Assembly: GCA_963667035.1 (NCBI GenBank) | Contig: OY762964.1 | Span: forward strand, 1,216,001 to 1,280,000 | Direction: 5' to 3' | Length of the DNA stretch: 64,000 nucleotides | Source: Candidatus Cloacimonadales bacterium | GTDB taxonomy: Bacteria > Cloacimonadota > Cloacimonadia > Cloacimonadales > JAFGVF01 | Shown here: one piece after another, positions 54,478 to 63,379 of the stretch | How the letters are laid out: each line of letters opens with the position of its first letter | Numbering within the stretch: the stretch's first letter is position 1 | The notes under the pieces: model-generated | The model's database searches: none | What the model saw: the letters and a program-made list of their open reading frames with translations, nothing else | What the model was told of the DNA's origin: nothing | Made by a program: the position numbers and the translations under genes

Positions 54478-55441
54478 CTTTTTATTTATACTCTTATCCC
54501 TTTTTGCTTGTACAAAAACTGTTGTGCCAAATGAAATATTGATGTACCAGAATATAGTGATGACTAGTGATGAAAGTGTTGCTATAGTTGCTTACGATAT
54601 ATCTAAGAAACCTTTTGAAACTCATTTGTTAATCACCGATTGGAATAACAATGTTAAGTATCAGAAGAATCTTGGAGACTCGCTTATATTTGTCGGTAGT
54701 TTTGAAAGTGATATTAATTTCAATATTGTATTATCATCTAAAAATGACTATAAAACATATATTATGCAGTTTGATGGTTTCGGAGTTATAAAAAACATCT
54801 CTACCCTATCTTTAAAAGCCGTTACAGTTAAGACTTCTAACAATAAAATCTTGCTTTGTGGACAATCAGCTTATAATGAACCGAGTTTGATTGTTCTGGA
54901 TAGAAAAAAGAATATTGTTGAAAATAGTGTAATTATAGGGTCAAGCATAAGAGATTGTGCAAGCCTAAATGATTCATACTTTGCCTTAGTTTATGATTCA
55001 GAAGCATCAAAAGCAACAGTTTATAATAAGAGAGAACTTTTGTATTCTTTTGAATGTAACGAGAATGAAGTTACGAAACTTACTCCTTATCATAATAACT
55101 TAAGGTTACATTACCTGACAGATTCAGGAATGTTAAAAATAATTGATATCTCTCCTCTTGGTAATGTGATTAGTTCAGTGGAATTAGAATTGAGCTTGGC
55201 AACTAATTTTACAGTTGTTAATAACAATAGCGTTAATTACTATTCGGTAATTCATAAATCAGATTCAGGTCCTTCATACACCAAAGTATATAAACTTGAT
55301 AAAGAAAACCTAATTGACATTACTTTTAATCTAGGTAATCCAACTTTAGCACGATTATACACCAAGAACAACCATGTTATAAGCTGTACTTTCAAATTAA
55401 CCGAAAGTGAACCTCTCAACGGATTCTCATTAATCCGGTAA
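54455..55441 (+). CDS. Hypothetical lipoprotein (beta-rich), paralogue 2
   Basis: MKLLSY...LFAC lipobox at ATG 54455. Confidence 0.75.
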   Translation: MKLLSYLSFLFILLSLFACTKTVVPNEILMYQNIVMTSDESVAIVAYDISKKPFETHLLITDWNNNVKYQKNLGDSLIFVGSFESDINFNIVLSSKNDYKTYIMQFDGFGVIKNISTLSLKAVTVKTSNNKILLCGQSAYNEPSLIVLDRKKNIVENSVIIGSSIRDCASLNDSYFALVYDSEASKATVYNKRELLYSFECNENEVTKLTPYHNNLRLHYLTDSGMLKIIDISPLGNVISSVELELSLATNFTVVNNNSVNYYSVIHKSDSGPSYTKVYKLDKENLIDITFNLGNPTLARLYTKNNHVISCTFKLTESEPLNGFSLIR

Positions 55442-55650
55442 AAGAATAACAGAAGCTACTCCTTTCATTAATTGTTTGGGATATATTAACTTTTTAGTAA
55501 TCTATGCAACTAAATAATGCCAAAGTTCACATTACTTGGTATGCTGAAAGTTAATAATGATATAGAAAGTTATTAAGATTACACTGTTTTATTCTTGACA
55601 GATTGTCATTTTCCCAAAGAATTCATCTAAATTCAGGAAAGAAGGGTTTC

Positions 55651-55995
55651 ATGGGAAATTACAGTAATATTAGAGTGTTAGAGCCTGAAGATTTATCTGG
55701 AGTTAGCGAGAACTTTAAGGTAAAGATGGAACAAATGGGTATGGTTCCCTACGAAAAAGATGGCAGAGTGAAATGGGGGAATAAATCTCAAGTAACATAT
55801 TTAAAGAGTTTAGATACAAATACAGGACGTAAGATTGTTAAAATGATTGATAACAATCAACTTCCTCCATCGTTAAGGAGGAACAAAGGGAAGTTTGCGA
55901 AAGCTCTATCTAAGATTTCAGTACAGTACTATGTATTGATTGTTCTTAGTATTCTCTTAGGATTTTTGTACTTGTATTTAAATTATTTAGCTTAA
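55651..55995 (+). CDS. Hypothetical protein with C-terminal membrane anchor
   Basis: ATG 55651 after purine-rich tract; C-terminal hydrophobic helix. Confidence 0.65.
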   Translation: MGNYSNIRVLEPEDLSGVSENFKVKMEQMGMVPYEKDGRVKWGNKSQVTYLKSLDTNTGRKIVKMIDNNQLPPSLRRNKGKFAKALSKISVQYYVLIVLSILLGFLYLYLNYLA

Positions 55996-56003
55996 GGATA
56001 TTA

Positions 56004-57299
56004 ATGAAAATACTTTTAACTAATGATGATGGAATCAATGCACCCGGAATTGTAATACTTGGGGAGCATTTAGTTAATGCAGGACACGATGTGTCTTATG
56101 TAGCACCTTCTGAACAGAAGAGTGCTTCTTCACATTCTATAACACTTTTTAAAGATATTGTTCTTACTAAGATTGAAGATAAGAAGTGGTCAGTATCAGG
56201 GACACCTGCAGACTGCATGGTTGTTGCAGCACAATATGTTTTGGACAGCAGTTTTGACTTAGTAATTTCGGGTATAAACGGTGGGCAAAATATGGGAGAA
56301 GATATATTCTATTCCGGTACTGTTGCCGCAGCTGCCGAAGCTTCATTTCAAGGTTATAAATCTGTTGCTATATCTATTGATACTTATCAAAACCAGAAGT
56401 ATGAGACTGCCGCAAAAATAATGGTTGATTTATTGGACAATGGTATTCGCGACATGATTAGTGATAATCACGTCTTAAACGTAAATGTTCCTAATATTGA
56501 TTATTCAGAAATCCGAGGTATTAAAGTCACTAGAAGCGGTAATAGATCTTATACTAATTTCTTGCGAGTTCAATCTCAGACAGAAACAGAGATGATTTAT
56601 CAAGTTGGTGGAGACTATCCTGATTGGTGTCTTCAACCTGGAACTGACTCCTTAGCTATTAAAAACAATTATATTTCAATCACTCCGCTTAAATTTGACT
56701 TGAACGAACTAAGCTTTCATCATGAGTTAAAAGACTGGAAATATAGATTTAATGATAAGTATACTGATAAGAAACCTATTCTGGAACCGGGCAAGAAACT
56801 GGATGTAAAGCGAACTGCTCAGAATATAACTGAGAAGGTTAAATCTATTGCAGTAGAATCCCCTGAAGAAAAAAAACTCAGAAAGATTCCTTTCTTTTCA
56901 AAGCTTACAACTATCCAATTGAAAAAACTATATACTTACTGTCATGTTAGACATTACAAAGCTGGTGAGATTATTTTTAAAGATAATCATCCCATCGTAG
57001 CTCTCTATATTATTCAAGAGGGAGAAGTCGCTATATATAAAGCTGAGGATATGGAGAACGCCGAGAAGATTTATACTAAAAATCAAACTCTTGGTGTTGT
57101 TGAAATGTTCAGTGGAGTAAAAAGGATGAATACTGCTGTTGCGAGTACAAACTGTACTCTCCTATCAATATCAAAGAGTGATTTCAATGAATTCCTTAAC
57201 AGAGACCCTAGAGCTGGTGCAAAAATACTGTTCGGTATAAGTAAATCATTCAGCCAATTCATTGTTAACAATAATTTCTTCTTTTTAAGAGAGGACTAA
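56004..57299 (+). CDS. surE: 5'/3'-nucleotidase SurE fused to a C-terminal cyclic-nucleotide-binding domain
   Basis: ILLTNDDGI.APG, GTPADC, SGINGG.N.G, YSGTVAAA; then LRKIPFFS.L....L, Y..GEIIF, LYIIQEGEV, G.VEMF....R..TAVA. Confidence 0.9.
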   Translation: MKILLTNDDGINAPGIVILGEHLVNAGHDVSYVAPSEQKSASSHSITLFKDIVLTKIEDKKWSVSGTPADCMVVAAQYVLDSSFDLVISGINGGQNMGEDIFYSGTVAAAAEASFQGYKSVAISIDTYQNQKYETAAKIMVDLLDNGIRDMISDNHVLNVNVPNIDYSEIRGIKVTRSGNRSYTNFLRVQSQTETEMIYQVGGDYPDWCLQPGTDSLAIKNNYISITPLKFDLNELSFHHELKDWKYRFNDKYTDKKPILEPGKKLDVKRTAQNITEKVKSIAVESPEEKKLRKIPFFSKLTTIQLKKLYTYCHVRHYKAGEIIFKDNHPIVALYIIQEGEVAIYKAEDMENAEKIYTKNQTLGVVEMFSGVKRMNTAVASTNCTLLSISKSDFNEFLNRDPRAGAKILFGISKSFSQFIVNNNFFFLRED

Positions 57300-58360
57300 T
57301 GAAAATAGCCAGGATAATCTTCTATATCCTGCTTGCACTTTTAATAGTAGCCGGATTATTCTTTTATCAGACTGTGATCAGATATGTTGTAGCAGCAACA
57401 ATCTTTGCATATATTTTAAATCCGGTTGTTCTCTTTCTTGAAGGAAGAGGATTGAGTAGAGTAAAGTCAATTGTATGCGTTTACATTGCCTTAGGTATGA
57501 TTATCGGGTGGAGTATTTATTTCCTTATACCGGTTCTTATAGATCAAGCGATAAGCGTTGTTGACGCTATAAAAGGAACTGCAGAAACAGGGGCTTTTGA
57601 TTTTAACAAGATACCAATTGTTGTTAGATTCGAAGAGAATGTAAAGAATCTTCAAGAGATGATTCCTATGCTTGATATTGACCCTTACTTAGAACAGATA
57701 GGTAATTTACTCAAGAAGTTTTTACTCAACGCTCCTCAACTTCTGATTGATTACTCAGCTAGTGTAATTAAAGCTTTCTCCTTTATTGCTACAATGCCAA
57801 TTATGGGATTTTTCCTACTCAAGGATTGGCATAAGTTTAAGAAATCTATTTTTACTATTATACCTAATAGATATATGGAACTAACAATGCACTTGTTTAC
57901 AAAGACTGATCAGATTGTCGGTAGATATCTGAGAGCATTATTAGTAGAAATTGCAATTATAGCAACTTTAGCTTCAATTGTACTTACAATAATTGGCGTG
58001 AAATACTCGGTACTAATTGGTACTCTCGCTGGTATTGCAAATGTTATTCCCTATCTTGGACCCTGGATGGGGATTATTTTTGCAGTACTGTCAGTTGTTA
58101 TTACAGGTAAAGAAGCAATATTTATTTTACTGACTGTTTTGGGTATGTGGTTTGTACAAATTATAGATAATAATTTTGTCTATCCTATTGTTATAGGAAA
58201 GAATACGGAGATGCACCCTCTAATCATATTATTGACGGTTATGGCAGGTGGTTGGGCTTTTGGCTTGACAGGAATGCTGTTCTCCGTTCCCGTTGTTTAT
58301 TTAATTTACGGTATTGTCAGAGAACTTTACAAACAATTAAAGGAATTTGAAATTATATAA
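57299..58360 (+). CDS. AI-2E (PerM/UPF0118) family transporter
   Basis: AYILNPVV.FLE, FFLLKD, NVIPYLGP, Q.IDNN...P...G....HP, G..GML.SVP. Confidence 0.92.
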   Translation: MKIARIIFYILLALLIVAGLFFYQTVIRYVVAATIFAYILNPVVLFLEGRGLSRVKSIVCVYIALGMIIGWSIYFLIPVLIDQAISVVDAIKGTAETGAFDFNKIPIVVRFEENVKNLQEMIPMLDIDPYLEQIGNLLKKFLLNAPQLLIDYSASVIKAFSFIATMPIMGFFLLKDWHKFKKSIFTIIPNRYMELTMHLFTKTDQIVGRYLRALLVEIAIIATLASIVLTIIGVKYSVLIGTLAGIANVIPYLGPWMGIIFAVLSVVITGKEAIFILLTVLGMWFVQIIDNNFVYPIVIGKNTEMHPLIILLTVMAGGWAFGLTGMLFSVPVVYLIYGIVRELYKQLKEFEII

Positions 58361-58372
58361 AGGTTGTAATTT

Positions 58373-59551
58373 ATGGCGTTATTTGACAAGTGCAATCAAT
58401 TTACTGCTGCTAAAGATTTAATTTCAGCAGGATTTTATCCATATTTCAGAGAAATATCCTCAGAGCAGGACACTGAAGTAATCTGTAATGGGCAAAAGAT
58501 GCTAATGCTTGGTTCTAATAGCTATTTAGGACTGACAAATCATCCTAAAGTTAAAGAAGCATCTATTGAAGCTGTGAAGAAATATGGTACAGGTTGTGCC
58601 GGTTCAAGGTTCTTAAACGGAACACTTGATATTCATCTCGAATTGGAAGAAGAACTGGCTAAATACGTTGGAAAGGAAGCAGCTCTTGCTTATCCGACAG
58701 GTTATCAATCAAATGTTGGTTGCATTTCAGCACTTGTTGGTAAAGGCGATTTCGTTATAACCGACAAATATGATCATGCTTCCATTATTGACGGCTGTCG
58801 CTTATCATTCGGTAAAATGGAAAGATTCACTCATAATGATATGAAGAGTCTTGAACTAATTCTAAAAAAGATTGAAGGTAAGAACTCTCTTATTGTTGTT
58901 GATGGCATTTTCTCAATGGAAGGTGATATAGCCAATATCGAGGAAATCGTCAAGCTAGCTAAAGCTAATAATGCTGAAGTTATGGTTGATGAAGCTCACT
59001 CTTTAGGAGTATTAGGTCACTTAGGGGCAGGAGCAGCTGATGCTAGTGGTGTTAAGGATGATGTTGCGATTCTTATGGGAACATTCAGTAAGTCTTTAGC
59101 CTCTATCGGTGGTTTTATTGCCGCAGATAATGAGACTATTCATTATCTTAAACATCATTCCAGAGCTTTAATATTTAGTGCCTCTCTCCCACCTGCATCC
59201 GCAGCTAGTGTTCTGGCAGCTTTAAAGATCATTCAAAGTGAGCCGGAAAGAATCGACAGACTCTGGGAGAATACTCGTCACATGTTGAATAGCTTTAAAA
59301 GTATGGGATATAACACAGGCGATTCTTGTACTCCGGTTATTCCTCTCCACATTGGTGATTCCATGAAAACAATGCAAATGTGGAAATACCTCGCAGAAGA
59401 AGGTGTATTCATCAATCCTGTATTACCTCCTGCAGTACCTCCATCACAATGTATTATAAGAACAAGCTTCATGGCAACACATACAATTGAGCAACTGGAT
59501 TTTGCTCTTGATAAGTTTGAGAAAGTTGGGAAAAAGCTAAATATAATATAA
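58373..59551 (+). CDS. spt: PLP-dependent alpha-oxoamine synthase, probable serine palmitoyltransferase
   Basis: G.YPYFREI, GSNSYLGLT, GCAGSRFLNGTLD.H, DHASIIDG, DEAH, GTFSKSLAS. Confidence 0.75.
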   Translation: MALFDKCNQFTAAKDLISAGFYPYFREISSEQDTEVICNGQKMLMLGSNSYLGLTNHPKVKEASIEAVKKYGTGCAGSRFLNGTLDIHLELEEELAKYVGKEAALAYPTGYQSNVGCISALVGKGDFVITDKYDHASIIDGCRLSFGKMERFTHNDMKSLELILKKIEGKNSLIVVDGIFSMEGDIANIEEIVKLAKANNAEVMVDEAHSLGVLGHLGAGAADASGVKDDVAILMGTFSKSLASIGGFIAADNETIHYLKHHSRALIFSASLPPASAASVLAALKIIQSEPERIDRLWENTRHMLNSFKSMGYNTGDSCTPVIPLHIGDSMKTMQMWKYLAEEGVFINPVLPPAVPPSQCIIRTSFMATHTIEQLDFALDKFEKVGKKLNII

Positions 59552-59570
59552 AATCTTAATTGAATCATAG

Positions 59571-59598
59571 AAAAGTCCGCATTTTGCGGACTTTTTTT
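59571..59598 (+). terminator. Intrinsic terminator after spt
   Basis: AAAAGTCCGCA-tt-TTGCGGACTTTT region followed by T-run. Confidence 0.85.
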
Positions 59599-59646
59599 AT
59601 TATAAATTTGGTTCACAATTGCTTTATATCACCTTTTGAATATGTT

Positions 59647-59710
59647 GTTACTCAAAGCTAACAATTCTGTTGACAGGATATATAGCCTAAACATGTTAGC
59701 AAAAACTAAC
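59647..59710 (+). promoter_or_regulatory. Putative promoter with two GTTA-N8-TAAC operator palindromes (DtxR/MntR-type)
   Basis: GTTACTCAAAGCTAAC (59647-59662) and GTTAGCAAAAACTAAC (59695-59710) flank TTGACA (59670-59675). Confidence 0.65.
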
Positions 59711-59722
59711 TTAGGAGTTTTA

Positions 59723-60430
59723 ATGAGAGCGAACCTGAATGTATTAGGTGAAAGCTTAGAAGACTATCTTGAAACAATAATGCTCGCTCATAAAGAGCTG
59801 AAAAGAGTTAGAGTTACTGATGTTGCAGAAAGATTAAATGTAAAGAAGTCTTCTGTGAATTCAGCAATTAAGAAACTAGTTAATGCCGGATACATTGACC
59901 ATGAACGATATGGGGATATCCATCTTACAGAATCCGGTTTTAAGCTTGCCGAACAGATATACCAGAGACATAAATCTCTTACGGAGTTCTTAACCGTAAT
60001 ACTAGGTGTTAATGAAAAGACAGCTTCTCTAAACGCCTGTGCAATTGAACACCATTTAAATGAAGAAACATACTTAAGATTTATGTACCTTTATGAGTTT
60101 CTTTTAGAAGGTGAAAAGAATAACAATCTACTTACTGAACTACATGAATATATTAATACGAAACGCCATATATTAATGGCATCTAGAGAGATTACAACCA
60201 TTAAAGACCTAAGAATAGGTGAAACAGCTATAATAAAGAACTATTCGGAATCAACTGATAATGAATACAAAGCTAAGCTGTTAAGAATGGGGCTAATCAA
60301 GAATACTAAACTCAAAGTTGTTAGAGTTGCTCCTCTTGGAGATCCAATTGAGATATCGATTAATAACTATCATATCATGTTAAGAAAAGAGGAAGCTAAG
60401 TGTGTTGAAGTTGAGGTTATAGATGAATAA
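59723..60430 (+). CDS. DtxR/MntR-family metal-dependent repressor with C-terminal FeoA domain
   Basis: AGGAG RBS, ATG 59723; EDYLETI, HTH, RH..L..FL...LG, ACAIEHH; FeoA L..MGL.....V.RVAPLGDPI. Confidence 0.9.
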   Translation: MRANLNVLGESLEDYLETIMLAHKELKRVRVTDVAERLNVKKSSVNSAIKKLVNAGYIDHERYGDIHLTESGFKLAEQIYQRHKSLTEFLTVILGVNEKTASLNACAIEHHLNEETYLRFMYLYEFLLEGEKNNNLLTELHEYINTKRHILMASREITTIKDLRIGETAIIKNYSESTDNEYKAKLLRMGLIKNTKLKVVRVAPLGDPIEISINNYHIMLRKEEAKCVEVEVIDE

Positions 60431-62837
60431 CAAAGAGATAAAAATAGCCCTAGCCGGTAATCCTAATTGCGGTAAAACAACTATTTTCAATGCTCTTACA
60501 GGGGCACAACAAACTGTTGGTAATTGGCCTGGAGTAACAGTAGAGCATAAAGAGGGTTATTTTGAATATAAAGGAAATAAGATAACTGTTATAGACTTAC
60601 CGGGGACATATTCTTTCTCGGCACTTTCTGAAGATGAACAAATAGCAAATAGCTTTGTTCAAAGCGGTCAAGCTGACTTAATCGTTAATGTGGTTGATGC
60701 TTCCAATCTTGAAAGGCATTTGTATCTGACTACTCAACTAATCGAAATGAAAGTACCGATGCTAGTTGTCCTAAACATGATGGATGTTGCAAAGACAAAC
60801 AGTATTAAGATTGATATTATGCATCTTTCCAAGCATTTGGATTGTCCTGTTGTAACAACAATTGCCAATCGTAGAAGTGATGGACTGGCATCACTAAAAG
60901 AAGCAATAATCAACATTGAACCCAACAAAGTATCATCTACAATAATAAGATATGATGATTTTTTTGAATCACATTTATCTGAAATTACAGAGTTACTTAT
61001 TAAGAAGGATTTACCTGAGAATGTAGATCCACGTTGGCTAGCACTGAAGATGTTTGAAGACAATTATCAGTATTGTAATAGACAGAGAGGTTCCGGCAAT
61101 GGTCATGGACACGGGCATCGAGGAAGACATGGTATACAGGAAGCACCTGATGGTATTAACGAGCATTCGTTTATGCGTCATCGTAAGTTTAGAAATCGTA
61201 TTCGTAGAACTATCGAGAACGAATCTTTAAAGTTTTATCTGGATGACGAGTTCTCAAGTAAACTCAATGAGATTAATGAAAGAGTTAGAAGGCATACAAG
61301 AGATGAGATAGATGTTGTAATTGCTGACGGACGTTACGGTTTTATTAGAGGACTGGCAAAAGATGTTATCCATAGAAGTACTCTCAGGCGTAATGTAACG
61401 GAACTTATAGATAATGTTGTGCTAAACAGATTCATGGGAATACCAAGTTTCTTTATAGTGCTTTTCTTAGTGTTCTATTTAACAATTAATGTAGGAACTC
61501 CTTTTATAGATTTCTTTGATTCACTAATGGGTGCAATATTCGTTGATGGATTCGCCAATCTACTTATGGCTCTTCATTCTCCCAACTGGTTAATTAATAT
61601 CCTAGCCTATAGTATCGGTGGAGGTATTCAGACTGTTTCAACCTTTATCCCACCGATTTTCTTCATATTCGTGTCATTGGCAATACTTGAAGATTCGGGA
61701 TATATGTCCAGGGCAGCATTTGTGATGGATCGTTTTCTTAGGTTCATCGGATTACCGGGTAAAGCTTTTATTCCTTTAATGGTAGGATTCGGATGTACTG
61801 TTCCTGCAATTCTGGCTACCAGAACATTAGAGAATAAGCGAGAAAGATTAATAGCCATCATGATGACTCCATTTATGTCATGTGGAGCCAGGTTCCCGGT
61901 TTATGCACTATTTATATCACTATTCTTTGCTAAATCCGGAAGTTATGTACTCTTTGGAATATATTTACTTGGTATCATATTGGCAATACTTACAGGGCTT
62001 CTTTTTAAGAAGACTATTTTTCAAGGTGAAACCTCAACTTTTGTTATGGAGCTTCCCCCCTATCATATACCAACTCTAAGAGGAATAATGACTCATACAT
62101 GGTTTAGGTTGAAAGCTTTCATTCAAAAGGCCGGAGCAATGATTCTTGTACTCGTTATTATCTTAAATATTTTCGGGAATATAGGGCTTGATGGTAAGTT
62201 TGGAGAAAAGAGTGAAAGTGACTCTATTCTAACCGGATTTGGTAAACTTATTACTCCTATATTCAAACCTATGGGAATAGATTCTGACAACTGGGAAGCA
62301 TCTGTTGGTCTTGTAACGGGATTGTTTGCTAAAGAAGCCGTTATTGGTACTTTGAGTGTTCTTTATAAAGATGAGATAGCTGAAGATAGTAATGTTGAGG
62401 CAAATAACGAGGAGTTTAAACTTCTGCCGGCAATAGGCTCATCATTTGTTGTGTTGTGGGATGGATTCTTTGGAAGTGAAGATGATAGTGAGAATACTGA
62501 TGAGGATAATTCCCTCAGACCTATCATGCAAAAGAAATTTAAATCCAAAGCTAATGTTTTAGCATATCTGATATTTATATTGATATATGCTCCTTGTATA
62601 GCAGCTGTTGGTACTATTTTTAATGAAACTAACGGCAAGTGGACATGGATAATTGTTGCATATCTAACAGGTTTGGCATGGATTATTTCTATGCTGTTCT
62701 ATCAATCAGCAACTTTCTTCGCACACCCGGGTAGCTCATCATTGTGGATTGTTGCAGGATTAGCGGTTATAGCTTCATTTTATTTGTTCTTAAGACATAG
62801 AGGTAAGCAACTTCAAGGTAGAATTAATTATTGGTAA
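60423..62837 (+). CDS. feoB: Ferrous iron transporter B
   Basis: GNPNCGKTT, VGNWPGVTV, DLPGTYS, NMMD, EDSGYMSRAAF, GFGC.VPAI, MELPPY, YAPC. Confidence 0.97.
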   Translation: MNNKEIKIALAGNPNCGKTTIFNALTGAQQTVGNWPGVTVEHKEGYFEYKGNKITVIDLPGTYSFSALSEDEQIANSFVQSGQADLIVNVVDASNLERHLYLTTQLIEMKVPMLVVLNMMDVAKTNSIKIDIMHLSKHLDCPVVTTIANRRSDGLASLKEAIINIEPNKVSSTIIRYDDFFESHLSEITELLIKKDLPENVDPRWLALKMFEDNYQYCNRQRGSGNGHGHGHRGRHGIQEAPDGINEHSFMRHRKFRNRIRRTIENESLKFYLDDEFSSKLNEINERVRRHTRDEIDVVIADGRYGFIRGLAKDVIHRSTLRRNVTELIDNVVLNRFMGIPSFFIVLFLVFYLTINVGTPFIDFFDSLMGAIFVDGFANLLMALHSPNWLINILAYSIGGGIQTVSTFIPPIFFIFVSLAILEDSGYMSRAAFVMDRFLRFIGLPGKAFIPLMVGFGCTVPAILATRTLENKRERLIAIMMTPFMSCGARFPVYALFISLFFAKSGSYVLFGIYLLGIILAILTGLLFKKTIFQGETSTFVMELPPYHIPTLRGIMTHTWFRLKAFIQKAGAMILVLVIILNIFGNIGLDGKFGEKSESDSILTGFGKLITPIFKPMGIDSDNWEASVGLVTGLFAKEAVIGTLSVLYKDEIAEDSNVEANNEEFKLLPAIGSSFVVLWDGFFGSEDDSENTDEDNSLRPIMQKKFKSKANVLAYLIFILIYAPCIAAVGTIFNETNGKWTWIIVAYLTGLAWIISMLFYQSATFFAHPGSSSLWIVAGLAVIASFYLFLRHRGKQLQGRINYW

Positions 62838-62846
62838 CTAAATATC

Positions 62847-62878
62847 CCACCCCCGATTCCTCTTGTAATCGGGGGTGG
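62847..62878. terminator. GC-rich hairpin after feoB (likely terminator or mRNA stabiliser)
   Basis: CCACCCCCGATT-8nt-AATCGGGGGTGG perfect 12-bp stem; no good U-tract. Confidence 0.65.
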
Positions 62879-63060
62879 ACAATATACTTCTTCTGAAAAA
62901 CAGCTTACATTGTATCAATCCATTTACTATTAAAGAGACCTGTCACTGCTTTTCAATTGCTATAATAAGACTTTCTCATCAATCTCCGTAAATTTTCAGA
63001 ATATTATCATTTAATTTATATCTTAATCCACTAATCTTCGCTTTATCTTCTCTTGGCTAA

Positions 63061-63099
63061 CTCTCGGGTTACCCTTGGATAGCAAGGGTAACCCGAGAG
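63061..63099. repeat. Perfect 17-bp inverted repeat built of 11-bp-phased units
   Basis: CTCTCGGGTTACCCTTG-gatag-CAAGGGTAACCCGAGAG. Confidence 0.85.
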
Positions 63100-63156
63100 A
63101 GATGATTGGGATGATAATTATTTCTATCTTGATTTTGTTTACTCTTTATGGTCTTC

Positions 63157-63253
63157 TTCAACACTCGCGAATCTGAAGGGAGTTACTCAGGATTTTGGCG
63201 GGAATTTCTCGGGTAAAGTCCCGAGAGAGTCCCGTGTAAGTCCCGAGTATTGA
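63157..63253. repeat. Palindromic array of 11-bp units (5 direct + 3 inverted), same family as 2425-2546
   Basis: Starts TTCAACACTCG, ends GTCCCGAGTATTGA; direct units at 63162-63216, AGTCCCGWGWR at 63217, 63228, 63239. Confidence 0.85.
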
Positions 63254-63379
63254 GATAGAGTATAGAGACAGCAAATTGATTTAGCAATGAGAGCATATTT
63301 AATTGAATAGAAACTATTTCTCGCCGACACTTATTATAATCAGATAGGATAAAGAATGGGATTTAGAGGTATAAAAGCA

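Noticed and set aside
59636..59722. Longer N-terminal extensions given by the ORF track (also 38899, 44080, 53434, 54329, 35400)
   Set aside because: Downstream ATGs fit the RBS, signal peptide or family start better, and the extensions overlap promoters, terminators or upstream genes.
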